From contig JALTTZ010000140.1 of NCBI GenBank assembly GCA_027047855.1, forward strand, positions 1 through 41,469: a stretch of DNA of 41,469 nt. The letters are read 5' to 3'. The first letter of the stretch is position 1. Every line of letters begins with the position of its first letter. Positions 29,301 to 39,477 of this stretch are shown here, in pieces. The stretch is from Nitrososphaeria archaeon. Its GTDB lineage: Archaea > Thermoproteota > Nitrososphaeria > Geothermarchaeales > JDFR-13. The notes beneath the pieces were generated by a model. It was not told the DNA's origin. It did no database searches and was given only the letters and a program-made list of their open reading frames with translations. The translations under genes were made by a program, and so were the position numbers.

Positions 29301-30005
29301 TCAAAACCCCAGCTTCTTAGCAAAAAACTCGTTCCTCTTAGCCAGGGCCTCTACGGCCTCCATAATATCCCCAGTAACCTCATACTCGAGGAAGACGCCT
29401 GTTCGACCATGCCTCGCCCTCCTGCTTAGAACATTCACACGTTCCCTGACGATAGCCTCACTAACACCTAATTCACCAGCCACCCACCCCTCCCTCCCGA
29501 GAATACACATACCCACGTGACCCACATCGGTGGGACGGATATACATTAACCTCTTATCTACACCTCCAACTCTCATTCTAGACTTAGAATTATTTACTTC
29601 TAATAGTCCACCAAACTTGAAGAACTCGCTCTCCCTGCTACTAAGGATTGCCAGCGGAAAACTCACTACCTCCTTACCATCGTCATCGAACCATAAATAT
29701 ACTTTAGGAGTATGGGATGGAGTGGCCTGCACAATGTATATACGTCTCCAACACATACCGAATTCATTATAGTAAGATAAGATAATAGCAGGATTAATGG
29801 GATTCAAAATAATCAAATCGACATCACTTGAAAGCTTGACATCCCCTCTAGCCAAACTTCCATACATATAGATCTTAATGCCCCTCTCCATAAGAGGTCT
29901 CGCTAATTCGACAGCCCTCCTTCTCTTACTCCGGAGAATACCCCAATGCTCCTCGGAATACTCCTTATATTCTATCTCCCCCTGCCTACACAACTCCCTA
30001 TTCAT
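29301..30005 (-). CDS. Pol-beta-superfamily nucleotidyltransferase domain protein with a C-terminal helical (HTH-like) extension
   Basis: Minimal NTase motif YMYGSLARGDVKLSSDVDLII (G-S...D-x-D). The C-terminal segment GVSEAIVRERVNVLSRRARHGRTG is HTH-like. The ATG at 30005 is preferred over the ORF-track TTG at 30020. Confidence 0.65.
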   Translation of the reverse strand: MNRELCRQGEIEYKEYSEEHWGILRSKRRRAVELARPLMERGIKIYMYGSLARGDVKLSSDVDLIILNPINPAIILSYYNEFGMCWRRIYIVQATPSHTPKVYLWFDDDGKEVVSFPLAILSSRESEFFKFGGLLEVNNSKSRMRVGGVDKRLMYIRPTDVGHVGMCILGREGWVAGELGVSEAIVRERVNVLSRRARHGRTGVFLEYEVTGDIMEAVEALAKRNEFFAKKLGF

Positions 30006-30143
30006 AGCCCCACAATTCAAATAACAATATGGTATAATAAACTATCTAGAACCCAAGACTAGATTATATAATAACTCAATATCACACATTCAAGCTTAAT
30101 GAGAAGCCCCTATGTAAACAATTCTTTTCAAGAAATGTAAATG

Positions 30144-31334
30144 CTATTTACAGACTCCCTCCCGGGACATGCCCACAGCCGACAAATCAATATCTAGTTC
30201 TCTCAAGTTAATTACTTTTTTATTTTCATATGCCTCTGTAACTACATCCATATTAATCTTCTCCTCCTCTCTCTTAACCACATCCAACGAAGCCTTGAGA
30301 ACAGGTTTCCGAGGAACTAGGGCACAGTATTCCTTAACTTTACTGGAATATTCGTAAGTCCCTATCTCCCTAGCCATGTCAATAATATCCTGCTTATCAA
30401 GCCCAAATAAAGGCCGATTAACCGGAATCCTAACGGCCTCTTGACTGACCAAGAGATTCCTCATGGTTTGACTGGCAACTTGACCAAGAGATTCACCAGT
30501 TATTATCGTATCCGCTCCAAACTCGAGAGCCATCCACTCCGCCAACCTATACATAATCCTCTTAAGTATTATATTCCAATAATCCTCCCTACACTTCATT
30601 ATCTCCATGACGATCTCTCTACCCGGAACAACATACATAATTGGTTCATAACCATAACTCCAGAACCTAGCCAGTACAGTAGCAACAGGCAACATGCTAT
30701 TCAAATACTCCTCTCCCCCAAGATTTAAGAACAAGTAGTGAACTCTAGCTCCTCTCCTGAGTGTCATCCAACTGGCCACAGCAGAATCAAAACCACCAGA
30801 CAAAAGAGATATTGCAACTCCCTCAGTGCCTATAGGCAGACCACCATATGCATTTATCACTTCATCGAAGAAGAAAACATCCTTATCCCTAATCTCAACA
30901 AAGACCTCAACCTCAGGATTCTTCAAGTCGACACCAGCTGACAAGCTATATAACTTATCACCAAGTGACCTAGCAATATCTATGCTCCTGAAAGAATGAT
31001 TCCCGGTCCTCTTAACCCTTACTGCAAACTTCTTCCCAATCACCTTATCCTTAAACAATTCATAACCCTTCTCAACAATATCTTCAAAAGATAAGGCTCT
31101 TGTATGGGTAACTGGGGAATAACTTATTATTCCAAACACACGTCTCAAAACACTCGGTGGAGATTCATTGTCAATTTCAACAAGCAACCTACTCCACATA
31201 TTCTTAATCGAGAAGTCTCCATAGCCCTCACTACGGAGGGCATCACTAATGTTACTAATTAAGGCTCTCAAAAACCGACGTCTACTCCTGTCACTCTTTA
31301 AAGTTAATTCACCCAATCGAACCAAAACTTTCAT
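30144..31334 (-). CDS. thiI: tRNA 4-thiouridine synthase / thiamine sulfur-transfer protein ThiI (THUMP plus PP-loop, no rhodanese domain)
   Basis: N-terminal ferredoxin-like/THUMP region (KVLVRLGELTLKS, FAVRVKR) and a PP-loop (LLSGGFDSAVASW). The 396-aa length is as in archaeal ThiI. Confidence 0.9.
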   Translation of the reverse strand: MKVLVRLGELTLKSDRSRRRFLRALISNISDALRSEGYGDFSIKNMWSRLLVEIDNESPPSVLRRVFGIISYSPVTHTRALSFEDIVEKGYELFKDKVIGKKFAVRVKRTGNHSFRSIDIARSLGDKLYSLSAGVDLKNPEVEVFVEIRDKDVFFFDEVINAYGGLPIGTEGVAISLLSGGFDSAVASWMTLRRGARVHYLFLNLGGEEYLNSMLPVATVLARFWSYGYEPIMYVVPGREIVMEIMKCREDYWNIILKRIMYRLAEWMALEFGADTIITGESLGQVASQTMRNLLVSQEAVRIPVNRPLFGLDKQDIIDMAREIGTYEYSSKVKEYCALVPRKPVLKASLDVVKREEEKINMDVVTEAYENKKVINLRELDIDLSAVGMSREGVCK

Positions 31335-31402
31335 AGACTAATCCCAATCCTATATAGAAGCTAAGCAATAAATATATTTTATCTAAACCTTAAGTATGGG
31401 GA
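31335..31402. promoter_or_regulatory. 68-bp divergent promoter region (thiI and dipeptidase)
   Basis: A central ataaatatatttta TATA-like element lies between the two divergent start codons. Confidence 0.35.
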
Positions 31403-32437
31403 GTGAAAAAATTGGAACCTTCTCATTTAATTGATCTACATGAAGACCTACCGTATTATATACATTTAAGGAGAACTTGGAGAGACTTCAATGAGGAGGA
31501 CTCATGCAGACCAGCAGACATACCAGAGTACAAAAAAATTAACGCAAGAATAATTTTTACAGCGGTATTCCCCCTGACAAATCTATATAGCCCAGATATC
31601 GGGAAGAAAATAAGTGAACTATATCAGACAAAAGAGTTTATGGAGATAGTTCCTCTCCCATCAACACCATTCCTAAAAGCAATAGAATTGATAAATACAC
31701 TATACCAGATAGAAAAGAAATATGACGATGAAATAAAGCTGATCATGACAAGAAGAGACCTTAACTATGTATTCAAGGAAGAGAAATTAGGCTTCTTAGT
31801 AGGTCTCGAAGGCACAGAGGCATTATCAAACCCATCAAATATAAATATATTGGAAGAATTGGGTGTTAGAGCAATAGGACTCACTTGGAATTACGACACT
31901 AAGTATGGAGCATCATGCATGTCTAAAAAGGATTACGGATTAACAGGCTGGGGAGAGGAACTAATCAAAGAAATGAATTCTAAGGGCATTATAGTAGATA
32001 CCGCCCACGCCAGCAAAAAAACAACCATAGATATACTGAACACCTCCAAATTACCGATTATTATAAGCCACTCAAATTATCGAGGATTAGTAGATCATCC
32101 TCGAAATGTAGATGATGAAATTTTAGAAGGACTATATAGAAATAGGGGAGTCCTAGGATTCACTCTAATAAAAAGTACATTAGGAAAAGGTGACACTATA
32201 GAGGCCTTAGCCAACCACATCGCAGCAGTCCAAGAGACATACGGGCCAGACATTCTAGCAATTGGAACCGACTACTTCGGCATAAAAACACCATCAGATG
32301 CCAAAAGAATATCGGCTCTCTCCAAATTATGGGATATGCTTAAGAGGAAAGGACTTGACGAAGAGACTATAGAGAAAATAGCGTGGAAAAACGCATATCG
32401 AGTAATAAAGGAAAATAGTAACAGATGGAAAAGTTGA
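31403..32437 (+). CDS. membrane-dipeptidase-family (peptidase M19) metallo-dipeptidase
   Basis: M19 metal-ligand blocks IDLHEDLP, GLEGTEAL, GLTWNYDTKYG, VDTAHAS and IISHSN. GTG start. Confidence 0.75.
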   Translation: MKKLEPSHLIDLHEDLPYYIHLRRTWRDFNEEDSCRPADIPEYKKINARIIFTAVFPLTNLYSPDIGKKISELYQTKEFMEIVPLPSTPFLKAIELINTLYQIEKKYDDEIKLIMTRRDLNYVFKEEKLGFLVGLEGTEALSNPSNINILEELGVRAIGLTWNYDTKYGASCMSKKDYGLTGWGEELIKEMNSKGIIVDTAHASKKTTIDILNTSKLPIIISHSNYRGLVDHPRNVDDEILEGLYRNRGVLGFTLIKSTLGKGDTIEALANHIAAVQETYGPDILAIGTDYFGIKTPSDAKRISALSKLWDMLKRKGLDEETIEKIAWKNAYRVIKENSNRWKS

Positions 32438-32453
32438 CCAATCACCAGACTAA

Positions 32454-33584
32454 CTAAAACTTATTCCTTAGTAGGTATTCATCTATCTTATCTCTCATAG
32501 ACTCCCTCTTCTTCTGATGCTCCTCAAGAAAACTGATGATCCGGTTAGCCAGCTCCGATTTACAGGGTCCACAAAGTAGATTACCACCCCTGCAATCCAT
32601 ATATCTCTCCTTCAACTTCTTATCATCATCCTCGAACATCATCTCATAATACTTAAAAACCGGGCAAATATCTGGGTTACCACCCAACTTACGCTGCAGC
32701 TCAGCCGTAGGCTGACCACCAGTATAGGCATTCATAATCTTTCTCTTAACATCCTCTGGTGAGTCGGTCATGAAGATAGCCGTCTCGGGCTGTGACGAAG
32801 ACATCTTTCCACCTATACCTAATCCGGGTAGAAACTTTGCGTGAATCTGGGCTGGTTTAGGGTAACCCAGACTTGTTGCTATATCCCTAGCCAACCTCCA
32901 GTATGGGTCTTGATCAATAGCAGCAGGTATAAGCACATATGTTTGGCGGCCATAAAGCTCGGTAGGCAAGAAACATACAGCAATCTGAAGCGTTGGATAG
33001 AAAATCATCCCAATGTTGGTAGACTGGGTGAAGCCCATAACTGCTTTTATCGTCGAAAAGGTTATTTTTTTAGCTATTCTTACAGCCAGTTCATACAAAT
33101 AGCTGATATCCTCAATATCAATAATGATATGGGTTCTCTTTGGATCGAACCCTAAAGATATTAGGTCAAGGATATTCTCCCTCGTAACATTCCTCACATA
33201 GTCGAGCGTATACTCCCTATGATAGAGAAATTTCTCGTCATCCGTAAACTCGAAAAAGAGGTCTATATTGAGCTTATCCTGCAACCACTTAGTGAAAATC
33301 CACGGCAGTATGTGGCCCAAATGCACATATCCTGAAGGGCCCCTACCTGTATATAACGCTGTAGACTCCCCTGATTCATACTTCTCTAGAAAGACATCAT
33401 AATCCCTATGTGCGTAGAAGACACCTCTCTTCAGTAGTGGATGCAACTCACCCGTAATAGATTCAGTGAGATAGTGCTCTCTTGTAGATACCTTCTTCAC
33501 ACCAAATTCAACAATTAATTTATCGTAGTCTACGATGCCCTCAACTTCCCAAGGCGTTACCTTAGCATCAGATTTATTATCCAC
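32454..33584 (-). CDS. trpS: tryptophanyl-tRNA synthetase (archaeal/eukaryotic type)
   Basis: N-terminal VTPWEVEG..VDYDKLIVEFG, HIGH variant (GYVHLGHILP) and KMSKS variant (GKMSSSQP). The GTG start is preceded by GGGTGG. Confidence 0.9.
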   Translation of the reverse strand: MDNKSDAKVTPWEVEGIVDYDKLIVEFGVKKVSTREHYLTESITGELHPLLKRGVFYAHRDYDVFLEKYESGESTALYTGRGPSGYVHLGHILPWIFTKWLQDKLNIDLFFEFTDDEKFLYHREYTLDYVRNVTRENILDLISLGFDPKRTHIIIDIEDISYLYELAVRIAKKITFSTIKAVMGFTQSTNIGMIFYPTLQIAVCFLPTELYGRQTYVLIPAAIDQDPYWRLARDIATSLGYPKPAQIHAKFLPGLGIGGKMSSSQPETAIFMTDSPEDVKRKIMNAYTGGQPTAELQRKLGGNPDICPVFKYYEMMFEDDDKKLKERYMDCRGGNLLCGPCKSELANRIISFLEEHQKKRESMRDKIDEYLLRNKF

Positions 33585-33720
33585 AAAGGCGGACCACCCT
33601 CACCAACCAAAGTAAAATTAGATAATAGATACCAACAAACACTTAAATATTAATTTTTCCAGACGCCCATAAATAAACATGCAATTATAATTAGGTTAAA
33701 GAAAGGTGGTTATGAGACAG

Positions 33721-34788
33721 TCACTTTAACTCCTTAAGATTCCTAATGACCTCCTCTGTAAACTCCTTGTTACTAACTGGTTCAATATCGGCAATACCAG
33801 CATTCCTCAATGTCCTGGCCATATCATAAGTTAGTTTCTTACGTTCATTGAGTGTCTTGAATATAGCTTGCTCAATGAGATCAGCCTTCTCATCCATCCC
33901 CAGGTACCTCAACATGAAAGTACCTGTCAACATCTGTGCTGTTGGATTAACCTTCCACTGTCCAGCATATTTTGGTGCAGAACCATGAACCGGTTCAAAT
34001 ATAGCGTACTTATCACCTATATTGCTGCTTGGCGCCACACCAAGCCCTCCGATCAATCCGGAAGCTAAATCGCTAAGTATATCTCCCATAAGATTTGATG
34101 TAACGATAACATCATACTCATGAGGTTTCAAAACGAGCTGCATAGCCATATTATCCACAATTCTATCATTGGCCTCTATATCTGGATATTCTTTAGCAAT
34201 CTCATAGAAAACTTCTAAAAATAGCCCACCAGTCGTCTTCATGATATTGGCCTTATGAACAGCAGTGACCAATCTACGTTTATTCTTCCTAGCATACTCG
34301 AAGGCAAATCTAATTATTCGTTCACTACCCTTTCTAGTAATTATGTTGATCGTCTCCGCTGCGCACCTATCCCTTCCAACGAAATGTTCAACTCCACTAT
34401 ATAAACCCTCAGTCGCCTCCCTAACTATCACTAGATCAACATTTTTATATCTGGGGACATCTACATACAACCAGTCTACCGGCAGAGACTTAGCGGGCCT
34501 AACAACAGCATATGTATCTAGCTCCATCCTAAGCCTAACATTCAAACTCCTATACCCACCACCAACAGGGGTTGTCAAGGGTCCCTTAAATACAACAGGA
34601 TAATTTTTAATAGTCTTCAAGGCATCCTCAGGGAAAGGATCCCCATACTTCTCAATTGCCGGCTCCCCCAACTCAACAGTAACCCACTCAATAGGAACAT
34701 CAGCAGCCTCAAACAACTTAACCGTCAATGAAGTAACCTCAGGACCTATCCCATCACCCGGTATCAAAACAACCTTATGAACAGCCAC
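33721..34788 (-). CDS. isocitrate/homoisocitrate dehydrogenase (beta-decarboxylating dehydrogenase family)
   Basis: [45 protein letters not shown] and [27 protein letters not shown]. The first 19 codons of the ORF track ([19 protein letters not shown]) look non-coding. The GTG at 34788 (VAVHKVV) follows GAGGTGGTTGGA. Isocitrate and homoisocitrate specificity cannot be distinguished by eye. Confidence 0.85.
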   Translation of the reverse strand: MAVHKVVLIPGDGIGPEVTSLTVKLFEAADVPIEWVTVELGEPAIEKYGDPFPEDALKTIKNYPVVFKGPLTTPVGGGYRSLNVRLRMELDTYAVVRPAKSLPVDWLYVDVPRYKNVDLVIVREATEGLYSGVEHFVGRDRCAAETINIITRKGSERIIRFAFEYARKNKRRLVTAVHKANIMKTTGGLFLEVFYEIAKEYPDIEANDRIVDNMAMQLVLKPHEYDVIVTSNLMGDILSDLASGLIGGLGVAPSSNIGDKYAIFEPVHGSAPKYAGQWKVNPTAQMLTGTFMLRYLGMDEKADLIEQAIFKTLNERKKLTYDMARTLRNAGIADIEPVSNKEFTEEVIRNLKELK

Positions 34789-34936
34789 TCCAACCACCTC
34801 ACAACACACTTGGATATAATATTGAAACACCATTAATAAAATCAATAAATATATTTACATGAATATACCACAAGCTCATTATTAAATCATTAGCATGCAT
34901 ATTAAAGTCTAGATACAATTATAACCAATAATTACA

Positions 34937-36094
34937 TCAGACCAATCCTTGCAAGTCCCAATAACTCAACACATCTGGGTCCTTAAGACCATGACCAGTA
35001 GTAACAATAACAACCGTACCATCTAACTTATCAATATCCTTCAAAAACCCGGCATATGCTGAGGCCGAGGCAGGCTCAACCAATATACCAAACCGTCTAG
35101 CTAACTCCAACTGCGCCCTCACGATCTCCCCATCAGATACACTTAAGAACCACCCACCAGACTCACTCACCGCACTCCAAGCCTTACGCCAATTAACTGG
35201 ATTCCCTATACGTATGGCAGTTGCAATGGTCTCGGGATTCTCCACAGGCCTAAAAACACCATCTCCCCTATACATATCTACCAAAGGTGCTGCTCCACGA
35301 GCCTGGACACCCACCATAACCGGCACCGAGTCGATTAAATCCATATCCCTAAGCTCCTTAAATCCCTTCCATATGGCTGATATATTACCAGCATTTCCCA
35401 CCGGAACAAAAACATAGTCCGGCACACTGCCCAACTGCTCATAAACCTCATAAGCCAAAGTCTTCTGCCCCTCAAGCCTATAAGGATTAACACTATTCAG
35501 AAGATATGCACCAGCCCCCTCTTTAACATGATTAACTACGGTCCTAAGCGCATCATCAAACGACCCATCGACCTCAATTATCTTGGCCCCATAGGCAATA
35601 GCTTGAAACAACTTTCCACGGGCCACCTTCCCCCTAGGAAGAAACACAAATGCCTCCAGCCCCGCCCTCGCAGCATATGCCGCCAACGATGCACTGGTAT
35701 TTCCAGTCGACGCACACGCAACCTTATTAAACCCAAACTCAACCGCTTTTGACACACCCACCGTCATACCCCTATCCTTGAACGACCCTGTTGGATTATC
35801 ACCCTCAACTTTAACATATACCGATAAACCATTGAACTCACCTAATCCCAGGAGCCGCGTCCCACCCTCATACAGAGAAACTATACAATCCTCCCTATCC
35901 ACGGGGAGTAACTCCCGATACCGCCATACAAACCACCGTCTACCACGAATCTTAACAAAAATACTCCTTTTAGGAAGCTCCATAACCACCTCAAGCAAAC
36001 CACCACACTCTCCACACCAATGTATCGGTGCAGGCCCATATTCAGACCCACAAACTATGCACCTAAGCTTATGCTTACCTATTCTTCCACCCAA
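34937..36094 (-). CDS. thrC: threonine synthase (with N-terminal Cys4 zinc-ribbon)
   Basis: PLP-lysine motif GDNPTGSFKDRGM and N-terminal CIVCGSEY...CGECGG. The TTG start is preceded by GGAGGTG 8 nt upstream and overlaps thrB by 16 nt. Confidence 0.9.
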   Translation of the reverse strand: MGGRIGKHKLRCIVCGSEYGPAPIHWCGECGGLLEVVMELPKRSIFVKIRGRRWFVWRYRELLPVDREDCIVSLYEGGTRLLGLGEFNGLSVYVKVEGDNPTGSFKDRGMTVGVSKAVEFGFNKVACASTGNTSASLAAYAARAGLEAFVFLPRGKVARGKLFQAIAYGAKIIEVDGSFDDALRTVVNHVKEGAGAYLLNSVNPYRLEGQKTLAYEVYEQLGSVPDYVFVPVGNAGNISAIWKGFKELRDMDLIDSVPVMVGVQARGAAPLVDMYRGDGVFRPVENPETIATAIRIGNPVNWRKAWSAVSESGGWFLSVSDGEIVRAQLELARRFGILVEPASASAYAGFLKDIDKLDGTVVIVTTGHGLKDPDVLSYWDLQGLV

Positions 36095-37008
36095 GAAACC
36101 ACACCTCCACCTACACCACTCACAACCACATCACAATCTAAAGCACCCTTCCACACAACCTTCTTAACATTATCTATTACCTCATCTACCCTCCTATCGA
36201 CAACCAGAGCCAGAGTAGGACCAGCACCACTTATATAAGTACCCAGAACACCCTCCACCTCCTTAATTCTATTAATAACATTTTCAGAAAAAGGTATCAT
36301 CGATCTCCTAAAGGGCTCTACCAGCTTATCCGACAAACCATATCTTATAAAATCTGGATTCCCCTTAGCCAAACCCATCAAGAGAAAAGATGCCCTTCTA
36401 AGATTGTACACAAACTCTTCTAAGGAATAGCATTCCTTGAGAAGGCTTCTCGCAAACCTAGTCTTTCCCCTTTCATACACTGGGCATTTCCTAGGTACCA
36501 AGAGAATTATAGAAAGCCACGGCGGGGGGTCGACGACCACCCCACCCATCTCAAGGCTAGAGATAACAAAACCCCCATTTATACAAGCAGAAACATTATC
36601 GATATGTCTCGACCCCGATACAAACTCCTCACCCAAAGATGCAAGATACTGTAGCTCTCTAACACCAGTATCCACACCATAAGCAACGGTCAGCGCCTTA
36701 ATCAAAGCCACGGAAGAAGATGCGCTACTCCCTAGCCCCATACCTACAGGGACACCTTTATAAATATATATGCCCAAAGGCTCCGGAGGCAAATCAAAAA
36801 AATCTAGGAACCTACTAACCATATATTTAACAAATTCCTTCGCAATATCCCCAGGAATCTTCCTTGAATATGGCCCCACAACCTTTAGAAAACTCGCCCC
36901 GGGATAAACACATATCTCGTCATAAAATGCATCCAGAGCCACAGCAAATACATCGAATCCGGGACCAAAATTAGCAGATGAAGCATAAGCTCTGCTGACG
37001 ACTCTCAT
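36079..37008 (-). CDS. thrB: homoserine kinase (GHMP kinase)
   Basis: SSANFGPGFD and the GHMP motif PVGMGLGSSASSSVA. The ATG at 37008 is preferred over the ORF-track GTG at 37017. Confidence 0.9.
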   Translation of the reverse strand: MRVVSRAYASSANFGPGFDVFAVALDAFYDEICVYPGASFLKVVGPYSRKIPGDIAKEFVKYMVSRFLDFFDLPPEPLGIYIYKGVPVGMGLGSSASSSVALIKALTVAYGVDTGVRELQYLASLGEEFVSGSRHIDNVSACINGGFVISSLEMGGVVVDPPPWLSIILLVPRKCPVYERGKTRFARSLLKECYSLEEFVYNLRRASFLLMGLAKGNPDFIRYGLSDKLVEPFRRSMIPFSENVINRIKEVEGVLGTYISGAGPTLALVVDRRVDEVIDNVKKVVWKGALDCDVVVSGVGGGVVSWVEE

Positions 37009-37093
37009 CGGCACCACGCATTAACGGAAATAAAGAAAAAACGGTGTTAATATGGTTTGTGTTACATATCAATACGGATTTAAAACAATTTAG

Positions 37094-37690
37094 CTATTCT
37101 TTGCATACCATACCAAGATAAAGGGTTTCCATAGGAAAATGTATAGAATCAAGCACAACAAAATGAATGTTTTTACACATATTAATAAACTCTATAAATT
37201 CATTTAAGTTAGCATAAGAGGAATAGACGAAAAGAAGTTTAAACTGACGTTTTTCAATCAGCTTTAACAATAAATTTAGAATAATATCAAATCCTGCCTT
37301 TCCCCCCGACCACCAGGGAGACTCATCTGTAACAGGGAGATATGGGGGGTTAGACATGATGAATAGCCTCAGGTCCTCCCTAAGAAAACTAATATCCTCA
37401 TTCGATAGAATCGGCTCAATGTATCCATCAACACCATTTAACCTCGAATTCAAAACAGTATAATTAAGAGCATCGAGTGAAATATCCAGAGCCAAGGTAT
37501 ACCTTCTATTTGCATGAGCATTTCCTATACCAATAATCCCCGTTCCCGAACCCAAATCAATATCAATATCATATGAAGAATGACCGTATGTGAGAACCCA
37601 ATCTAGCAAAAGTACCGTATCCTCGCCCGGCTGATAAACCTTATCATCCCCTGTTACACGTATATCTTTATACTGAAAATCAAAACTCAT
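37094..37690 (-). CDS. HemK/Mtq2-like SAM-dependent (N5-glutamine-type) methyltransferase
   Basis: VYQPGEDTVLLLDW, SAM motif I (DLGSGTGIIGI) and the catalytic NPPY (IMSNPPYLP). The ATG at 37690 is preferred over the TTG at 37699. A release-factor substrate is inferred from family only. Confidence 0.7.
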   Translation of the reverse strand: MSFDFQYKDIRVTGDDKVYQPGEDTVLLLDWVLTYGHSSYDIDIDLGSGTGIIGIGNAHANRRYTLALDISLDALNYTVLNSRLNGVDGYIEPILSNEDISFLREDLRLFIMSNPPYLPVTDESPWWSGGKAGFDIILNLLLKLIEKRQFKLLFVYSSYANLNEFIEFINMCKNIHFVVLDSIHFPMETLYLGMVCKE

Positions 37691-37805
37691 ATAGATCAAG
37701 AAAAAATAACTAAATTTCTAGGAAAAATACCTATAAAATTAATTTCTAGTAGAGATATATATCTCATAACAATTTTAGAAAATAGCCTAATATTCTTGGG
37801 GATGT

Positions 37806-38798
37806 ATGCATATGACTAATAGTAAAGTGCTCATTTTAACTCATGGAGACTGCGATGGCGTGTGTTCCGCCGCACTCTACAAATCAATCATCAAAAGTAA
37901 TGCAACTATATTCTTTACTCACCCCCACGGAATACTTAGCGATTTAAACAACAATATAGAAACCAACGATTATGACAAAATAGTAATACTAGATATAGCT
38001 CTAAACGAAACTACATGGCCAAACTTGATTCATACCCTAAATAACTTAAGTAAAAATTGTGATGTCGATATAACTTATATAGATCATCATCCACTTCCAG
38101 ATACATATAGCAATCCCCCAATAAAATTTAAATTCATTTGGAGTGAAGGACGTAGCACAAGTGAACTCACTTTCCAATTCCTAGGAGATAAAATGGATAA
38201 ATGGATGAGTAGAGTAGCCTTATATGGGGCTATCGGCGACTATAGTGACGAAACTCCATTCATGCGTAAAATGTATGGTATGTGGGACAAAAGATTAATC
38301 TATTTCGAGGGGGGAATATTGACCCAAGCACTCGAAGGTAGCAAGAGAGAGTACGACTACAAAAGACGCATAATAAAAATATTATCTGAAAATGAATTAC
38401 CAAGTAAATATGAATGGATCTGGAATAGAGCAATAGAAATGGCTTTAAAAGAGGAGGAACTACGGGAGTGGGTTGAGAAGAAAGTAAAGAAAATTGGAAT
38501 GGTCAGCTTCGTAGAAGACGTGCCCGGCAGTATAGGTAGAGCAGCTAGGTACGCAATGATAAGTGGAGGCGGGAAAATCGGAATAGCCATCGAAAGTAGA
38601 GGAAACATGGCTATCATGAGTGTCAGGACATATAGAGATGGCCCCGATCTTAATAAAATGTTGAGAAAAGTTGCCCCGAGATTTGGGGGCTCTGGGGGAG
38701 GACATAAACATGCTGCCGGGGCCCGCATACCAATAGATAAACTATATCAATTCATCAAAGAATTAAACTCCTACTTAGAGATTATTAATCTAAGATAA
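37806..38798 (+). CDS. DHH/DHHA1-family phosphoesterase (NrnA / RecJ-like nanoRNase-pAp phosphatase family)
   Basis: DHH motifs I-III (THGDCDGVCSAA, ILDIALNE, YIDHHP) and the DHHA1 motif (GGSGGGHKHAAGA). Confidence 0.85.
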   Translation: MHMTNSKVLILTHGDCDGVCSAALYKSIIKSNATIFFTHPHGILSDLNNNIETNDYDKIVILDIALNETTWPNLIHTLNNLSKNCDVDITYIDHHPLPDTYSNPPIKFKFIWSEGRSTSELTFQFLGDKMDKWMSRVALYGAIGDYSDETPFMRKMYGMWDKRLIYFEGGILTQALEGSKREYDYKRRIIKILSENELPSKYEWIWNRAIEMALKEEELREWVEKKVKKIGMVSFVEDVPGSIGRAARYAMISGGGKIGIAIESRGNMAIMSVRTYRDGPDLNKMLRKVAPRFGGSGGGHKHAAGARIPIDKLYQFIKELNSYLEIINLR

Positions 38799-38847
38799 AT
38801 TAAACATAGATGAGAAACTTAATTTAATTATTTATTTAAGGAGGTGG

Positions 38848-39441
38848 ATGGAGATGAAGATATCAATAACAAAAAGGAGTGCATTAATAATTGTAGACGT
38901 CCAAAATGATTTCATTCCAGGAGGCGCCCTACCAGTCCCAGATGGAGATAAGGTTATAGAACCACTTAACAAATACATTAAGCTTTTCACCGACTTGCGA
39001 AGAATAGTAGTAGCGACTAGGGATTGGCACCCTCCAAACCACATGAGCTTTAAAGAATATGGAGGAATATGGCCGCCCCATTGCATACAGAACAGCTGGG
39101 GAGCAGAGTTCCATCCAGACTTACACCTACCAAAAAACATAATAATAATAAACAAGGCAACAGAGCATGACAAAGAAGCCTACTCCGGATTTGAAGGGAC
39201 AGCTCTTCACCAAATATTGAAGAATAACGGCGTAAAAAGAGTCTTCATAGGAGGGCTCGCCACTGACTATTGTGTAAAAAACACGGTGTTGGACGCTCTT
39301 AAACTCGGATATGAGACGATTCTGCTTCTAGATGCAATTAAAGGGGTTGACGTAAATGAAGGGGACAGCGAAAAAGCTATAGAAGAAATGATAACAGAAG
39401 GGGCGATAGGTATAACAATCGAAGACATATATATGATTTAA
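38848..39441 (+). CDS. pncA: nicotinamidase/pyrazinamidase (isochorismatase family)
   Basis: ALIIVDVQNDFIPGGALPVPDG, metal site DWHPPNHMSF, catalytic Lys (IINKAT) and Cys (GLATDYCV). A strong SD (AAGGAGGTGG) lies directly upstream. Confidence 0.9.
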   Translation: MEMKISITKRSALIIVDVQNDFIPGGALPVPDGDKVIEPLNKYIKLFTDLRRIVVATRDWHPPNHMSFKEYGGIWPPHCIQNSWGAEFHPDLHLPKNIIIINKATEHDKEAYSGFEGTALHQILKNNGVKRVFIGGLATDYCVKNTVLDALKLGYETILLLDAIKGVDVNEGDSEKAIEEMITEGAIGITIEDIYMI

Positions 39442-39477
39442 TCCACTAGCAGAGAAATAAGCCATAGGTAATTTATA

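Noticed and set aside
34789-34845. N-terminal extension [19 protein letters not shown] of the isocitrate/homoisocitrate dehydrogenase as a signal or TM segment
   Set aside because: The family is cytosolic. The extension starts at a TTG, contains the likely TATA-like element and SD (GAGGTGG) of the real GVAVHKVV start, and so is most likely 5' UTR/promoter.
35778-36167. 129-aa plus-strand ORF (and the 67-, 74- and 72-aa neighbours) antisense to thrC/thrB
   Set aside because: It lies entirely inside two genes with unmistakable homology (threonine synthase, homoserine kinase). The translation is low-complexity and P/S/T/H-rich with no motif, which is a typical antisense artefact of purine-rich coding strands.
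38848-39441. Nicotinamidase as part of an NAD-depletion defence system
   Set aside because: It has a canonical PncA catalytic triad and metal site, is of housekeeping size, and sits in a context of core genes. No TIR, SIR2 or other NADase effector is present.
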